NCBI GenBank assembly: GCA_040954595.2
Contig: CM082597.2
Span: forward strand, 7,341,849-7,405,848
From: Balanoglossus misakiensis
Lineage: Eukaryota > Animalia > Hemichordata
Direction: 5' to 3'
Length of the DNA stretch: 64,000 nt
Part shown: in pieces, positions 13,371-25,100 of the stretch
How the letters are laid out: each line of letters opens with the position of its first letter
How positions within the stretch are numbered: the stretch's first letter is position 1
Program-made: the position numbers and the translations under genes
The notes under the pieces: generated by a model
Seen by the model: the letters and a program-made list of their open reading frames with translations, nothing else
Database searches by the model: none
What the model was told of the DNA's origin: nothing

Positions 13371-14064
13371 CAAAGTGATTGTTTTAGGTCGTTTACTTGA
13401 TGAAATGGCTCGTTTCAGCCGGTTTATGGTCGTTTGGCTCGTTTTGGCCCGTTTAGGGCCGTTTCAACATTTATCATATGCCATTGATTCACTTTCACAA
13501 TAACTGACTTCTAGAATTGGAAATGCAATTTGCATGCAGCATTCAATAACGTTCTTATATAGAGTGTGTAACGACGTTGCGTCTATACTGGTTAAAACTA
13601 CTGCCCACCTCTTGAAAGTCGCCAATAACCCAGAACACAGTCGCTGGTTTCATCGTACAGGCGAAGTGTACCATTTATGTAGAGGCCCTTGGAACATGAA
13701 TATTCATTGCAGGCAGAATATAAACCTTAAAATTGCATATCAGCTGAAATCTTCCATTGGTGTGAACTCGGTGTATTGTGTTAATTAAGTGGTAGTATAG
13801 TAGTCCATTTATTTATTTATTTATTTATTTATTTACTTATTTTAATTACTTGCTTTACTTACTTATTTATGCGTTCATCTACTATCTACTATGTATATGT
13901 CCATTTATTAATTTCTTTATTTTTATTATTTATGTGAAATTCAGTCACATAACATGGTTTTAATTAATAATACTCATTTTGTGTGTTTACATAGATGCGG
14001 TTCGGATGTTTCCATTGACGTCAAGACATCATCATTAAAGGTTTACTAATTAGATTTCGTAAGC

Positions 14065-17000
14065 ATGGCTACCGCAAAGGAGGTGACAGCTGACGACATT
14101 TTGGACGAAATCGGCCAAGGGTTTCTGACTTGCACAATCTGTTTTGACCAGTTTATCAATCCCAAGGTCCTGCCCTGTCACCATACGTACTGTGAACAGT
14201 GTTTGAAGACACTGGTGCAGACAAACGATGGGATACTGCGGTGCCCTTCTTGCAGAAAAGTGTGTGACACCCAAGAAGATGCTGTGGATAGCCTTGAAAC
14301 CAACTTCTACATGAACTCACTGTTAGACATCGTTAAAAAGAGACCGGAGCGCGATTCCAGCGACCTTCTCAAACAGTGCGAAGTCTGTGACGAAAATGAC
14401 GCTTCCTATATCTGCATACACTGTAACCTTCAGTATTACTGCGAAACCTGCGTGACCGTGCATAGAAAATCAAGAATCTCGCAGGATCACAACATTCTAC
14501 GACTTGATGAGTACTACATCAAGAGATCAACGGATCCTTCCAGCATTTTGCCTATCGCCTACTGTAATCACCACAAGACACAGGAACTGACCTTTTACTG
14601 TGGCACATGCCAGGTTCCCATATGTACTGCATGCACGGTGATTGAGCACAAGAATCACGACCACAAGTACTTGAAAGACGTGGCTGGCGGGTACAGAGAC
14701 AAACTGTTGGCACACATCCGGGCGTTAGAAGTCAAGGCCAAGGAAGCTGACGAGAGCAAGGCCTCTGCCGTTGCGATTTGCGACGAATACAGAAAACAAC
14801 CTGAAATTGAAAAGAACAAGGTGGTGAAGAAAGCTGCTGATATAAGAAACAGGGCCAAGGCAGAAGAGAAGACACTAGTGGCGCAGGTAGAGACGGAACA
14901 CGACACGCGTGATTTTAATCAGCAAGGCCATATTGATGATCTCCACCTAAGATACACTAGACTTGTCAGTATGATTAACTACCTGGAAATATTGCTCCGT
15001 CATCAGAATGCCGCTCAACTCTTATCGATTAGAGAAGATGTTGATAAATGCATCCAGGAACTGCAGGGATTGGAGAATAAGGCCGCCATCGACCACGGAA
15101 AATATGAGTTTGTCGCGTCAGACGATGCAGACAAATTAGTTGGAACGCTCGCTGCAGCAGACGGCAAATCCCGGAACGAAGTAAGAAGATCTGAAAATGA
15201 TACTGCAAGGATGGTGGACGGAAGCGTCAGAATGATAACTGTCGACAGCGCTGCTGATTTACCCGACAGTTTTCAGAAACTAACCTGTCGCGGTTTTTTG
15301 ACCTGTGCAGTTTGCTTTGGACGATTCTCAAATCCCAAAGTTCTCTCGTGTCACCATACATTCTGTGAGCCTTGTCTGAAAATGCTCCCGAGCAGGCGTG
15401 ACGGAAAACTCGCCTGTCCGTTGTGCAAGAAACAGTGCCAGCTGACAGGAGATGACACACCAGGTCCCATAGACAACACCTACTTACAATCACTGTTGGA
15501 TACACTGCCAGCGGAGTCACACAACACATCTATCCAGCAATGTGAAGTCTGTCAGGGCAATGAGGCGACGCACATCTGCATCGAGTGTCAGCTACAGTAC
15601 TCCTGTACCCAATGCAGAAACATTCACATCAAACTGAACACACCAAACGACCATAAGATCATCACAATAGACGAATACAAGAAAGCAAGAAAGTGCAAAC
15701 CATCAACAGTTCTAACAACACCCCATTGCACAACCCACAGAGCATACCCCTACAATCTATACTGTAATTCTTGCCAGGCAGCCATCTGTTCTTCATGTAT
15801 GGAATTTGACCATCCTAGAGAAAACCATGATGTTACATTCCTGAAATTAGTTTATGATAGTTACACCCAAATATTGTCAAAATCTATCCGTTCAATGATT
15901 GAGAAGGCCGACATACTTATGAAAACTAAACGCGAAGCAGTGAGTCTGCAACATAATCTCAAGACAGAGAAAACAAAAGTCAAAGAAGCAATCGTCAGAA
16001 AATCTGCAGCTGTCCATGAAAAAGCTGACGAAGAGGAAACGGCACTGATGGCAGAATTGCAAAAAGTGTATGACGCGAAGATTAGTAAGCAAGAAAGTGA
16101 TATTGTTGACCTGCAGACCAAATATGGTAAACTGGTGAGCACAATAAGTTATCTGGAAATGCTGAGACATCACAAGAATTCAGCCGAGCTCATGGTGACC
16201 AAAGAAAGGACGTTACAGCGCATCCAAGATGTGGTACAGATGGAAACAAAACCAGACATCAAACGAGAAATAGTCGTATTTAAAGCGTGTGATGACGTCA
16301 GAGACGGGGACCTGGTGGGAGTTGTGAGATGTGACGTGTGTGTCTCAGAGTGTACAGTTGGCAACATTCCACAGCGACTCGCCAAAAGTCAGAGCGTTGA
16401 GCTCCTGATTACAACCAGAGATGGCACAGGCTCAACGGTTAATCCACGACAGGTGGTGAAAGTGGTGATAACGAAACCAAACGGATCGGAAGAGGTCGTT
16501 CAGGTGGTGGAAAACAGAGACGGCACACTGACTGCGACAGTTCATGCGTACATGACAGGAAACTACCAGATTGCTGTGTATGTAGCAGACCAACATGTAC
16601 CAGGTTCACCGTTTGAAATTCAAGCATCGCCATTGTTGAAGACCCTTGGAAAACAGAGAAGCGGGGAAGTCAAATTCAACCACCCGCGCGGTTTGGCACT
16701 TGATAATAATGGCGATTTGGTTGTTGCTGATCAGGTGAACAATAAAATACAGATAATTGACCTGGACGGCAATCTTAAGAAGGCTTTAACATTTCGTCAA
16801 TTCAAGAAGGACTTCATACCACTTGATGTAACAGTGTCCAAGGACGGTTTACTCCTAATGACTGATGACGGCAATAAGCAAATCGTAGTGAGTGACAACG
16901 AAGGGCACGTTATCAAATGTTTCGGTCAAACCGAATTGGAAAACCCGCGTGGCATTGGCGTAAATCCTCTAAATGGCACTGTCTGCGTGTCAGACTGGGA

Positions 17001-17478
17001 TGGAAAGGGGGATGACACTGACAAGGATGGACACTGCATCAGGAAATATTCCCAAGACGGCAAGTTCATCAAATCGATCGGAAGTTACGGTACTAACAAG
17101 GGTCAGTTTAGAGGACCGAATTTCATGGACTTTGACAGCAAAGGAAAAATGTATGTAACGGATTTTAATAACTCACGTGTCCAGGTGTTCGATGCAAATG
17201 ATAAATTTGTACGTACATTTGGAAGCTATGGTGATAACGATGGAGAATTTAAACATCCATCTGGGATTGTTGTAAGCGAGCAGAGGTTCGTGTACGTCGC
17301 CGATGGATACGGCAACAAGATAGACATGTTTGACACCGACGGCCAGTTCATCTGTCGTATCGACGGTGGCAACGATGATTTGGACCGTCCCAGAGGCATT
17401 GTGCTGTCTACGAACGAACCAATGACAGTACTTGTTGCTGACAGCTGGAACCACTGCATCAAAGTGTTTTCACACTGA
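14065..17478 (+). CDS. Paralogous TRIM-NHL protein with duplicated RBCC, 1137 aa, single coding exon
   Basis: Colinear with 3499..6936 (MATAKEVTADDILDEIG vs MATAKVVTADDILDQIG). Two RINGs (aa ~24 and ~414), four B-boxes, filamin (HVPGSPFEI) and NHL repeats. Probable acceptor tttacatag just upstream (~13993). Confidence 0.95.
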   Translation: MATAKEVTADDILDEIGQGFLTCTICFDQFINPKVLPCHHTYCEQCLKTLVQTNDGILRCPSCRKVCDTQEDAVDSLETNFYMNSLLDIVKKRPERDSSDLLKQCEVCDENDASYICIHCNLQYYCETCVTVHRKSRISQDHNILRLDEYYIKRSTDPSSILPIAYCNHHKTQELTFYCGTCQVPICTACTVIEHKNHDHKYLKDVAGGYRDKLLAHIRALEVKAKEADESKASAVAICDEYRKQPEIEKNKVVKKAADIRNRAKAEEKTLVAQVETEHDTRDFNQQGHIDDLHLRYTRLVSMINYLEILLRHQNAAQLLSIREDVDKCIQELQGLENKAAIDHGKYEFVASDDADKLVGTLAAADGKSRNEVRRSENDTARMVDGSVRMITVDSAADLPDSFQKLTCRGFLTCAVCFGRFSNPKVLSCHHTFCEPCLKMLPSRRDGKLACPLCKKQCQLTGDDTPGPIDNTYLQSLLDTLPAESHNTSIQQCEVCQGNEATHICIECQLQYSCTQCRNIHIKLNTPNDHKIITIDEYKKARKCKPSTVLTTPHCTTHRAYPYNLYCNSCQAAICSSCMEFDHPRENHDVTFLKLVYDSYTQILSKSIRSMIEKADILMKTKREAVSLQHNLKTEKTKVKEAIVRKSAAVHEKADEEETALMAELQKVYDAKISKQESDIVDLQTKYGKLVSTISYLEMLRHHKNSAELMVTKERTLQRIQDVVQMETKPDIKREIVVFKACDDVRDGDLVGVVRCDVCVSECTVGNIPQRLAKSQSVELLITTRDGTGSTVNPRQVVKVVITKPNGSEEVVQVVENRDGTLTATVHAYMTGNYQIAVYVADQHVPGSPFEIQASPLLKTLGKQRSGEVKFNHPRGLALDNNGDLVVADQVNNKIQIIDLDGNLKKALTFRQFKKDFIPLDVTVSKDGLLLMTDDGNKQIVVSDNEGHVIKCFGQTELENPRGIGVNPLNGTVCVSDWDGKGDDTDKDGHCIRKYSQDGKFIKSIGSYGTNKGQFRGPNFMDFDSKGKMYVTDFNNSRVQVFDANDKFVRTFGSYGDNDGEFKHPSGIVVSEQRFVYVADGYGNKIDMFDTDGQFICRIDGGNDDLDRPRGIVLSTNEPMTVLVADSWNHCIKVFSH

Positions 17479-19165
17479 AATCACGAGATCTGTCATGTAC
17501 AGAGCATGCAGTGATTGGAACGGCTGCAACCCCCACCCCCCCCCCCAAAAAAAGACGAGAGCATATACTTTTCACCAAGTAGATGATTTTCCTACCTGAG
17601 TATTACGACTGAAGCTTTGTGTGCAAGTAGAGACAATAACCGTAGTGGTACAATCATATCAGTATTTTATTCGTTGTACCCACAGTTTCTAGTTATACTC
17701 ATTACAGCGTGTTGGCTTTCCATGTATCAAGCTTTTCCTCACAGCTTATACAGATATATAACCAGACACGTTATGGTTGGTAATTAACTTTCTAGTCAGT
17801 TCGGACCAGAATTCAAATGTCGACAATCGCATTTTGCTGACAAGCTAAATACTTTTCATTTACTACTTAAACCTGCCTTCAAAAATAAAACTATAATGTA
17901 GCTGTTGCACAGACCAAAATAGTGAAAATGCCATTAAAAATTAAGGATACTACTTTCCATTTAAAGGAACACGGTAACCTATAATTTACATATGCCTATA
18001 TTAGGACAAAAGGGCGTGCCTGGTCTTCGAGAGACCTTTTGGTAGTGGACCTTTTTCGCGTGTGCCATCCACTGAAAATCTGTGATTGGCAATAGTTCAG
18101 TTTTCCAGGGAAACGTGTTAAATTTGCATATGTAATTGGATCCCTTTTATACAGTTTATGATCACCAGCAAAGGATGGTGAAAGTAATATAAATGGAGGC
18201 TCTGTAACCCTGGTTGGGATAGAATATATACATGTACTACCACCAGAAAAAAAAACTGTGATAAAATGTTTCGATTTTATTTCGAAATGATGCCTCCTGC
18301 AGAGTACTAGCAGTCAAATTGTGTTTTTAGAAGGCAAGGTCTGGCTCCCTGCCCCATTCCAACCGCTGGCTGGCGCCAGCAGCGTTGAAAGGGGTGCAGG
18401 GAAACAGCCAATTGTGTTCGTGTCTCTGGCGATAGCGCCCTCAAGTGGAACACCCGGACTTTGGGGCCGTAAATAAAGTACAATTGTTTGACGCCAAATA
18501 TTATTCTCTGTGTGTTTAATTTAATTTACGCAGATTTCTGCAATCGTGGGTGTGGAATGGTGAAGTTGAAATCTGTAGCGTAAATTTATGAACCATTTGG
18601 GTGGTGACATGACCGTGAAAAGAGCGAAAGCAAGTTTGCATGTAAGTGGATGAATGCAGGTTAGGAGTGGGGCCATAGCTCACGACAAACACCAGATCTC
18701 CAAAAACAACTGGTTTATTCTCTTTCAGACGCTGTTTCGCTAAGAAACTGTCACTGATATGCCACAAAATTAATTTGTGGGTACAATTCGCTCCATACAG
18801 CACTCGTGTACACACGCCTGTACCCCGTGGCGGAGGTTATTTCTTAAAAATACAAGATTAGACCACAGTTCTGCGCAAACCATATCTATTTTAGGCATTC
18901 GTGAGTAAATATAAGTTTTAACATATACAGTGGGTGTGGTCTAACTGGATAAATGGTGTATAAAATTAAGCCACACACAAAAAACTGGGTATTTTGCATA
19001 TTGTTTATCTGAGATGACCAACTTTGCATGCTAATTCATCTGTTATACTACCATGTTTACCAATGGGAACTTTTTACGGAAATATAAAGCTCGTAAAAGT
19101 TATCTCTGTAGGAATCGGTCTCAGAGCATCACGAGAGAGGTAACATACCACATTCTACATGCGCC

Positions 19166-22100
19166 ATGATGATTCTCGTCATTCTAAGCGCTTTACTACC
19201 AGCTGTATGCTGTATTCCTATAGGTAAGTATTGGACAATATGAGAAAAAAAACTTAAACGAGTTTTAAATCAAACCAGTGTATCCACACCAATAGAAATG
19301 TTGTAGAATTAATGTTAGGTCATGTGTAGAGAGTCTTGATATTGGCATATTGAAAAGATGTGTTACCCCACTGCTTTGACGTTGGGGTACCGACGACCAG
19401 TTTGACAAAAATTGTTGAGTAATTACAAATTCATTGGTGGGACAATGTTCACAGCAGGTGGACAATAAAATAAACAAAGTAATTAAAACAGCCTACTTTC
19501 GGGAGACTGTGATCGATAGTACATCCTCTGAAAATGTGTAAGTTACAACCCCTGCATATATGTTGCATGGAATCCTCTGGCGGAAAGAGCGTCCGTGACC
19601 GTGCCCCTATTAGAGATAATTGGTATCATAACATTTGAAATGCGACAGTGCGGAATAAAACAGTTAGTTTACAATGATAAGTTGACCCAGTATTGTGAGA
19701 GTGACAAATTTTGTTGAAAGTACAATATGCCGTGACATCAAAATACAATGTCGTCATTTGAGGTGAGGACCCCAGGAATGTTTAATTCGGATTTCAGTCA
19801 GTTTCTGAGAAGTGCAACTTTTAGCAAAAATGTCGAAATTTGCGCAAAATATACATTACTTGTAGATACATTACGAAGACATTACTCGTATTAGCATTAG
19901 CGGATAACTTTTAAGCGCTATCACTCGGGGCAGCAGAAAGCGCCTAACAGGAATTTTGTCAATTTACCATTACCACAGTCCCTCAAGGGACTGTACCATT
20001 ACCAGGTTCAGACAGGGAAAAAATTGAGACACTATGTTAAAAACAGAGCATCGCGTTGTGTCCACACAAAGTTTATGTACAGTGTATAAGCGCTGAGGCT
20101 CGGCCCCATAGACGATGGGTTGCGGAGAGGTGTTAATCTTTACATCGGCTCAGGTCTGGCCGGCAAAGCCGTCTCAAATCTGAGCAGTTTCAGGACCACT
20201 TACACCGTCCACACACGATATTTTTTAAGACGGTTTCTAATTTTTTAAGACGCTTCAGAAACGTCTTAATGGTGCCTGTGTGACCCCCATACATGATCAC
20301 ATTCTTCTTATCTAAATGAGATATTCTTGATATAAATATTCACAATATGGCATCTTTGGGTGCAGATGTGGAGCCATTGGGATACTATGGCGGCGATAGT
20401 TCCAAGGTGTCCATCAGCGGTTTCTCATCCGGGGCCTGTTTTGCCACACAGTTCCACGTTGCATATTCCAGTGACGTCATGGGTGTTGGCATTTTGTCAG
20501 GAGGTAGGTGATAGAGTGGCGATGTAGTATTGTTCAGTGTGGTGTGGTATTGTGTGATGTGGCGTTTTTGCCATGTTAAATAAATCCTCTTGGCTCATAC
20601 TGAAATTTTGTAACCGTGAGAAGGAAATAAAATTGGACAAAGTTGATCGAGTTATTTAAGCTTACTACAAAGAGAACGTCTAAACATAGACATGCCAGAA
20701 ATACAGTTAACACAGTGAGCTGTCGGCTATTTTACCTGTAATGCAATTTTTATGATGAACCCCCCCCCCCCCAGTAGAAAGTAAAATAAATATCTCTTTT
20801 AACATTATAGCAAGTGCACTCCGTTGAATATGATAATTTCTCTCCTTTTCTTTTGACCGAGTCATGATTAAGCCGAAATATAAACACTAAAAAGAAGCGC
20901 AAACCGATAGATTGAGATCCCCGCCCTTTTTCTGATATATTTGCTCATTCCATTCATGTGCAATTTTTATATCAATTTCTTTTATCATTATATTATTTTC
21001 TGAATTTAATATTGCGTCCGTTAAGTCATACTATTCTTTTTATTTCAGTCTTCAATCCATTCAAATAATTATTATTTATTTCATTATTCCATTAAATCGG
21101 AACTATTAAACATTAACTTCTTATATCAATTTCTTTTATGATTACATTATTTTCTGAATTTGTTACTTCGTACTTAAGTCATATTATTCTTTTTGTTTCA
21201 GTTTTCAGTCCATTCAAATAATGATTATTAATTTCATTATTTCATTAGATCGGAATTATTAAACATTAACTTTTCATGAGTATCAGAGGTTTCTTTAATC
21301 ACTTTATTATTTTCTCAATTCGTTATTTCGTCCTCAAAGTCAGATTTTTTTTTTTTAGATTTTATTTTAGGACTTCAGTCAAATAATCTAGTTTTCATTT
21401 GCGTAGTCGTTCTTTATCATAATATCTCATGCTGATATCACCTCCTCCAAGTGCTATTTAACGTGAATATCAAAACATTTAGCGTGAAATATTATTTGCT
21501 GACTACATGTTCAGCTATTAAAGGGAAGCTTTGCATACTAATGACGGTCGCAGTCAACCACCGAATATGAGTGAGGATGCAAATATCATTTTATTTTGGG
21601 CTGAATAAGGTAGCTGGTACGTTGGCTAAAATTAAACAAAATAGAACTGTGTTTCGTGTAATATGCACCCAAGAAATGGGGTACGCGTGAAAATATCATT
21701 TTATTTTGGGCTGACTAAGGTAGCTGGTATTTTCGCTAAAATGAAAAAAATTGAACTGTGTTTCGTGTAATGTGCACCCAGAAAATGGTGTACGTAGGTT
21801 TGTATGGGATAAGATCCCAACAAAAAATCGCTTATTCTGATGTATTTGCTTATATCATTCTGATTTTGAAAATAATTTGCAATTTCTGATAATTGTTTTA
21901 TTTTATCATTAAATTAAATTTGACCTCGTTATTCCATCAGTTAAGTCATCATTTTTCTCTGTATTTCAGTTTTTCATTCATATAATTTATCTCATTATTT
22001 CATTTATTTCATTTAAGCGGTCATCTAAACATCTAATTTCTTTATATAAGTAACAGGCGATTCTGTTATCATTCAATTAAAGTCCTTATATTTGGATTGG

Positions 22101-25100
22101 ATCCTAAAGAGCGCCCTCACGAGAAAATAGCACCCCATCTCATCATAAAAAAGAACCATCACAACGTAATAGAAAGTCTCCACAGTGGACGTTCTGTAAC
22201 GTTTCCGATTTTAATCTGAGTTTAATCATTATTTCCATACATTGTATTCACAGTACCTTATTATTGTGCAAAGTTAACTTTTGAAGATGCTGAACGATGC
22301 ATGGACTCACCAGTTACCATCGACACAGACTATTTAGTCCAGTTCACCGAAAACACCGCCGCTACCACAACAAATATTGATGACGTCATTCATATGAATA
22401 ATGACCGTGTGTTTATCTATGCTGGAAAGGCTGACTCAATTATCCTCCAAGGTGTGTTGGTTCTATAACATTTTGTTTCAATTTTACTGCCATTCGTCAC
22501 GCTAAGTCAAAAAAAAAATAATATGTACTGTTCCGATTACATGGTTTTCAAAAATAGGGTAGGGATTTTTTTGTAATTTTTTTATATGGTTGGCCGCCGT
22601 AGTGTCCAATAATGACGTCATAGTTCTTGCGCGATTCTCGCAATAAATGTTGTATATTTGACCTCGTTATTTTTACTTCCGGTTTACAAAGCTCTAAAAA
22701 GTCTTGGGTTGGCTGGCTAAAATTAGGGTAGGTCGGGTAATCGGAACAGCACATATTTTTTTTATTTCGCCCAAGACTTATTATGAAATCAAACTATCAA
22801 AACTCTGTGTGCTAGTCTCTGTCTCTCTGCGTTGTATTTAATCATATTATACATATGGTGACCGAGAAAGACCCAATTTTCTCACAAATGCTGAAACGCT
22901 TCAGAGGTTAATTAATAAAAATATAGGTTGATTTAATTGTTTTTCCTGTCACATTTATAAGCACCTCGATTTCTGTATTACTAATGAATACCTTGTAGCC
23001 CCGTGTAAACAAGTGAAATTGAAATATCTTTTCGTCAAAATTAGGAATTCCTATGCAAATGCACTTTTTAAAATTAGATTAGTTGTATTAAAAAGCAAAT
23101 AATTGACATCACGATATTTTGGTGTCGTCAGTTTGAAATCCTCGTGACTCACCAGAATTCAAACTCACTATTTACTTCTATGTTACAGAATCGGTGAAAA
23201 CTGTTGAGGATTACTACAGTGCGTTTGGCGCGAATATTGCGACTAAATATGACCTGCTTGCTGAGCACGCACTAGTAAGATAATTATGCATCTTTCTTCC
23301 AACTATTAATCAATTTTTTAATGTGTGGCCGGCAAAGTTGCATCGAAATAAATGTATTTTTCTGTGTGTTTTAAGATTTTCTCTTGTAAGTTTTAGAAAA
23401 AAATGCATCTAAGAGGAGACGTCGAATTTGTAATGAATTGTACGATTAACATTGTAATTTATCGGATACGTGGAATAAAGCGGAGTTGTCATGAGTATTG
23501 TACAGCTGAAGCAAACACTTTATATGATGTTTAGCTCAATGACACCACGACTTTAATCAAATGCAAACTTTATGTTTTTAGACTGAGCTATTCTTGCACA
23601 TTTACGTTAAAATACGAGCAGAAAATTCGGTCTATATAGACCATGAGCCAGTAGGGGTTTACCTCCCCCCCCCCGGGGGAATTTTTGAGACAATGTTTTT
23701 CTGAAAGCCTATCATATACTGAGTAAAATTCACTTTGTTTGCCATCTGGGCACCGGGGCGTTTTCGAGTTATTGGCTTCTAAATTATATTGGGTAACGTA
23801 TGTAGAAAAGCCTAAAAGTGCATATAAATTGACGTAGGGGGGTAAATTAGTCTTGTAAAATACTGTCTCTCTGAATGTATACCTAGAACAACAGGGAAGT
23901 ATTTGGTATCAAAAGAAAGCTTAATAAACAAGCTTTCCATTAATTACAAAATTAAAGTGATATGACAAATCATGACATCATAGTGACGTCATAAGTCAAA
24001 ATACCCTTACGAAAATGGTGTTCTGTTCACCTATAATTTGTATAAATGTGAGGTTTTGCAAAACACGTCTCTGAGCAATTGTACTGATGAAAACTGTGAT
24101 GTGTTTGGTATCAACAGAAAGCTGATTGAGTAAAGTATCTAATTATTGCAAAATATTGATATAATAATCAATTACGTCATCATTACGTCATACTTCCAAG
24201 TACCCTTACCAATTAGTGACTATGATGACAAGTTATTACCCTAGGAGATAGGTGCCTTAAAAAAAAAAATTGGTAAGGAAGGTTTGTGAAGTCCATTCTA
24301 TGTAAAAAATGGTGCTGATTCCAAAAAAGGCAGTCCTATTGACCCCACCCAAGACAAAATTGCCATTTTGGCACTTTTTAACCCAAAATAGGTCATTTTT
24401 AGAAAACACTAAAAACACACTGTTTTCGTCACATTCGAAGATCTGATGACATATGATATGCCTATTCTATGTAAAATTTGGTTGATATTACGAAAAAAGC
24501 AGTCTGACTGACCCCAAACGAGACAGAATTGCCTTTTTGACCATATTTTGCCCAAAAACGTCATTTTTAGACAAAACTGAAAACACACTCTTCTCTTCAT
24601 ATTGATTGATTTGATGATATATGGAAAGTCAATTCTATGTGTAAGTTGGTGACTATAAAACATAAAGCAGTCTTTTTGACCCCAATCAATACAAAAATGC
24701 CATTTTTGGCCACATTTTTGAGGTCAAATAAGGTCATTTTTACAAAAAAACTAAAAACAAACTGTTTTCTTCATATTCAGAGATCTGATTATGTATGAAA
24801 AGTCCATTCTGTGTATAAAAAATCTGATTGACCCCATTCTAGTCAAAATTGCGTTTTTGGCAATTTATTGCCTAAAAAGACCTATTTAAGACAAATTTAT
24901 CATTTTAAACATTTTCTAGAGAAAAAAATGTTTGCATTTGGAGATAGCCCAAATTGAACTCATAATGATGATGAAACAGCGACGACAGTAAAAGAAGTTA
25001 TACGAATTGAACCAAAGTCGCATCGATGAATCTAAACACGTCGCCCAGGACCAAGCATTAAACATGATACAGGCGACAAAAAGACAGGCACTGCACATGG

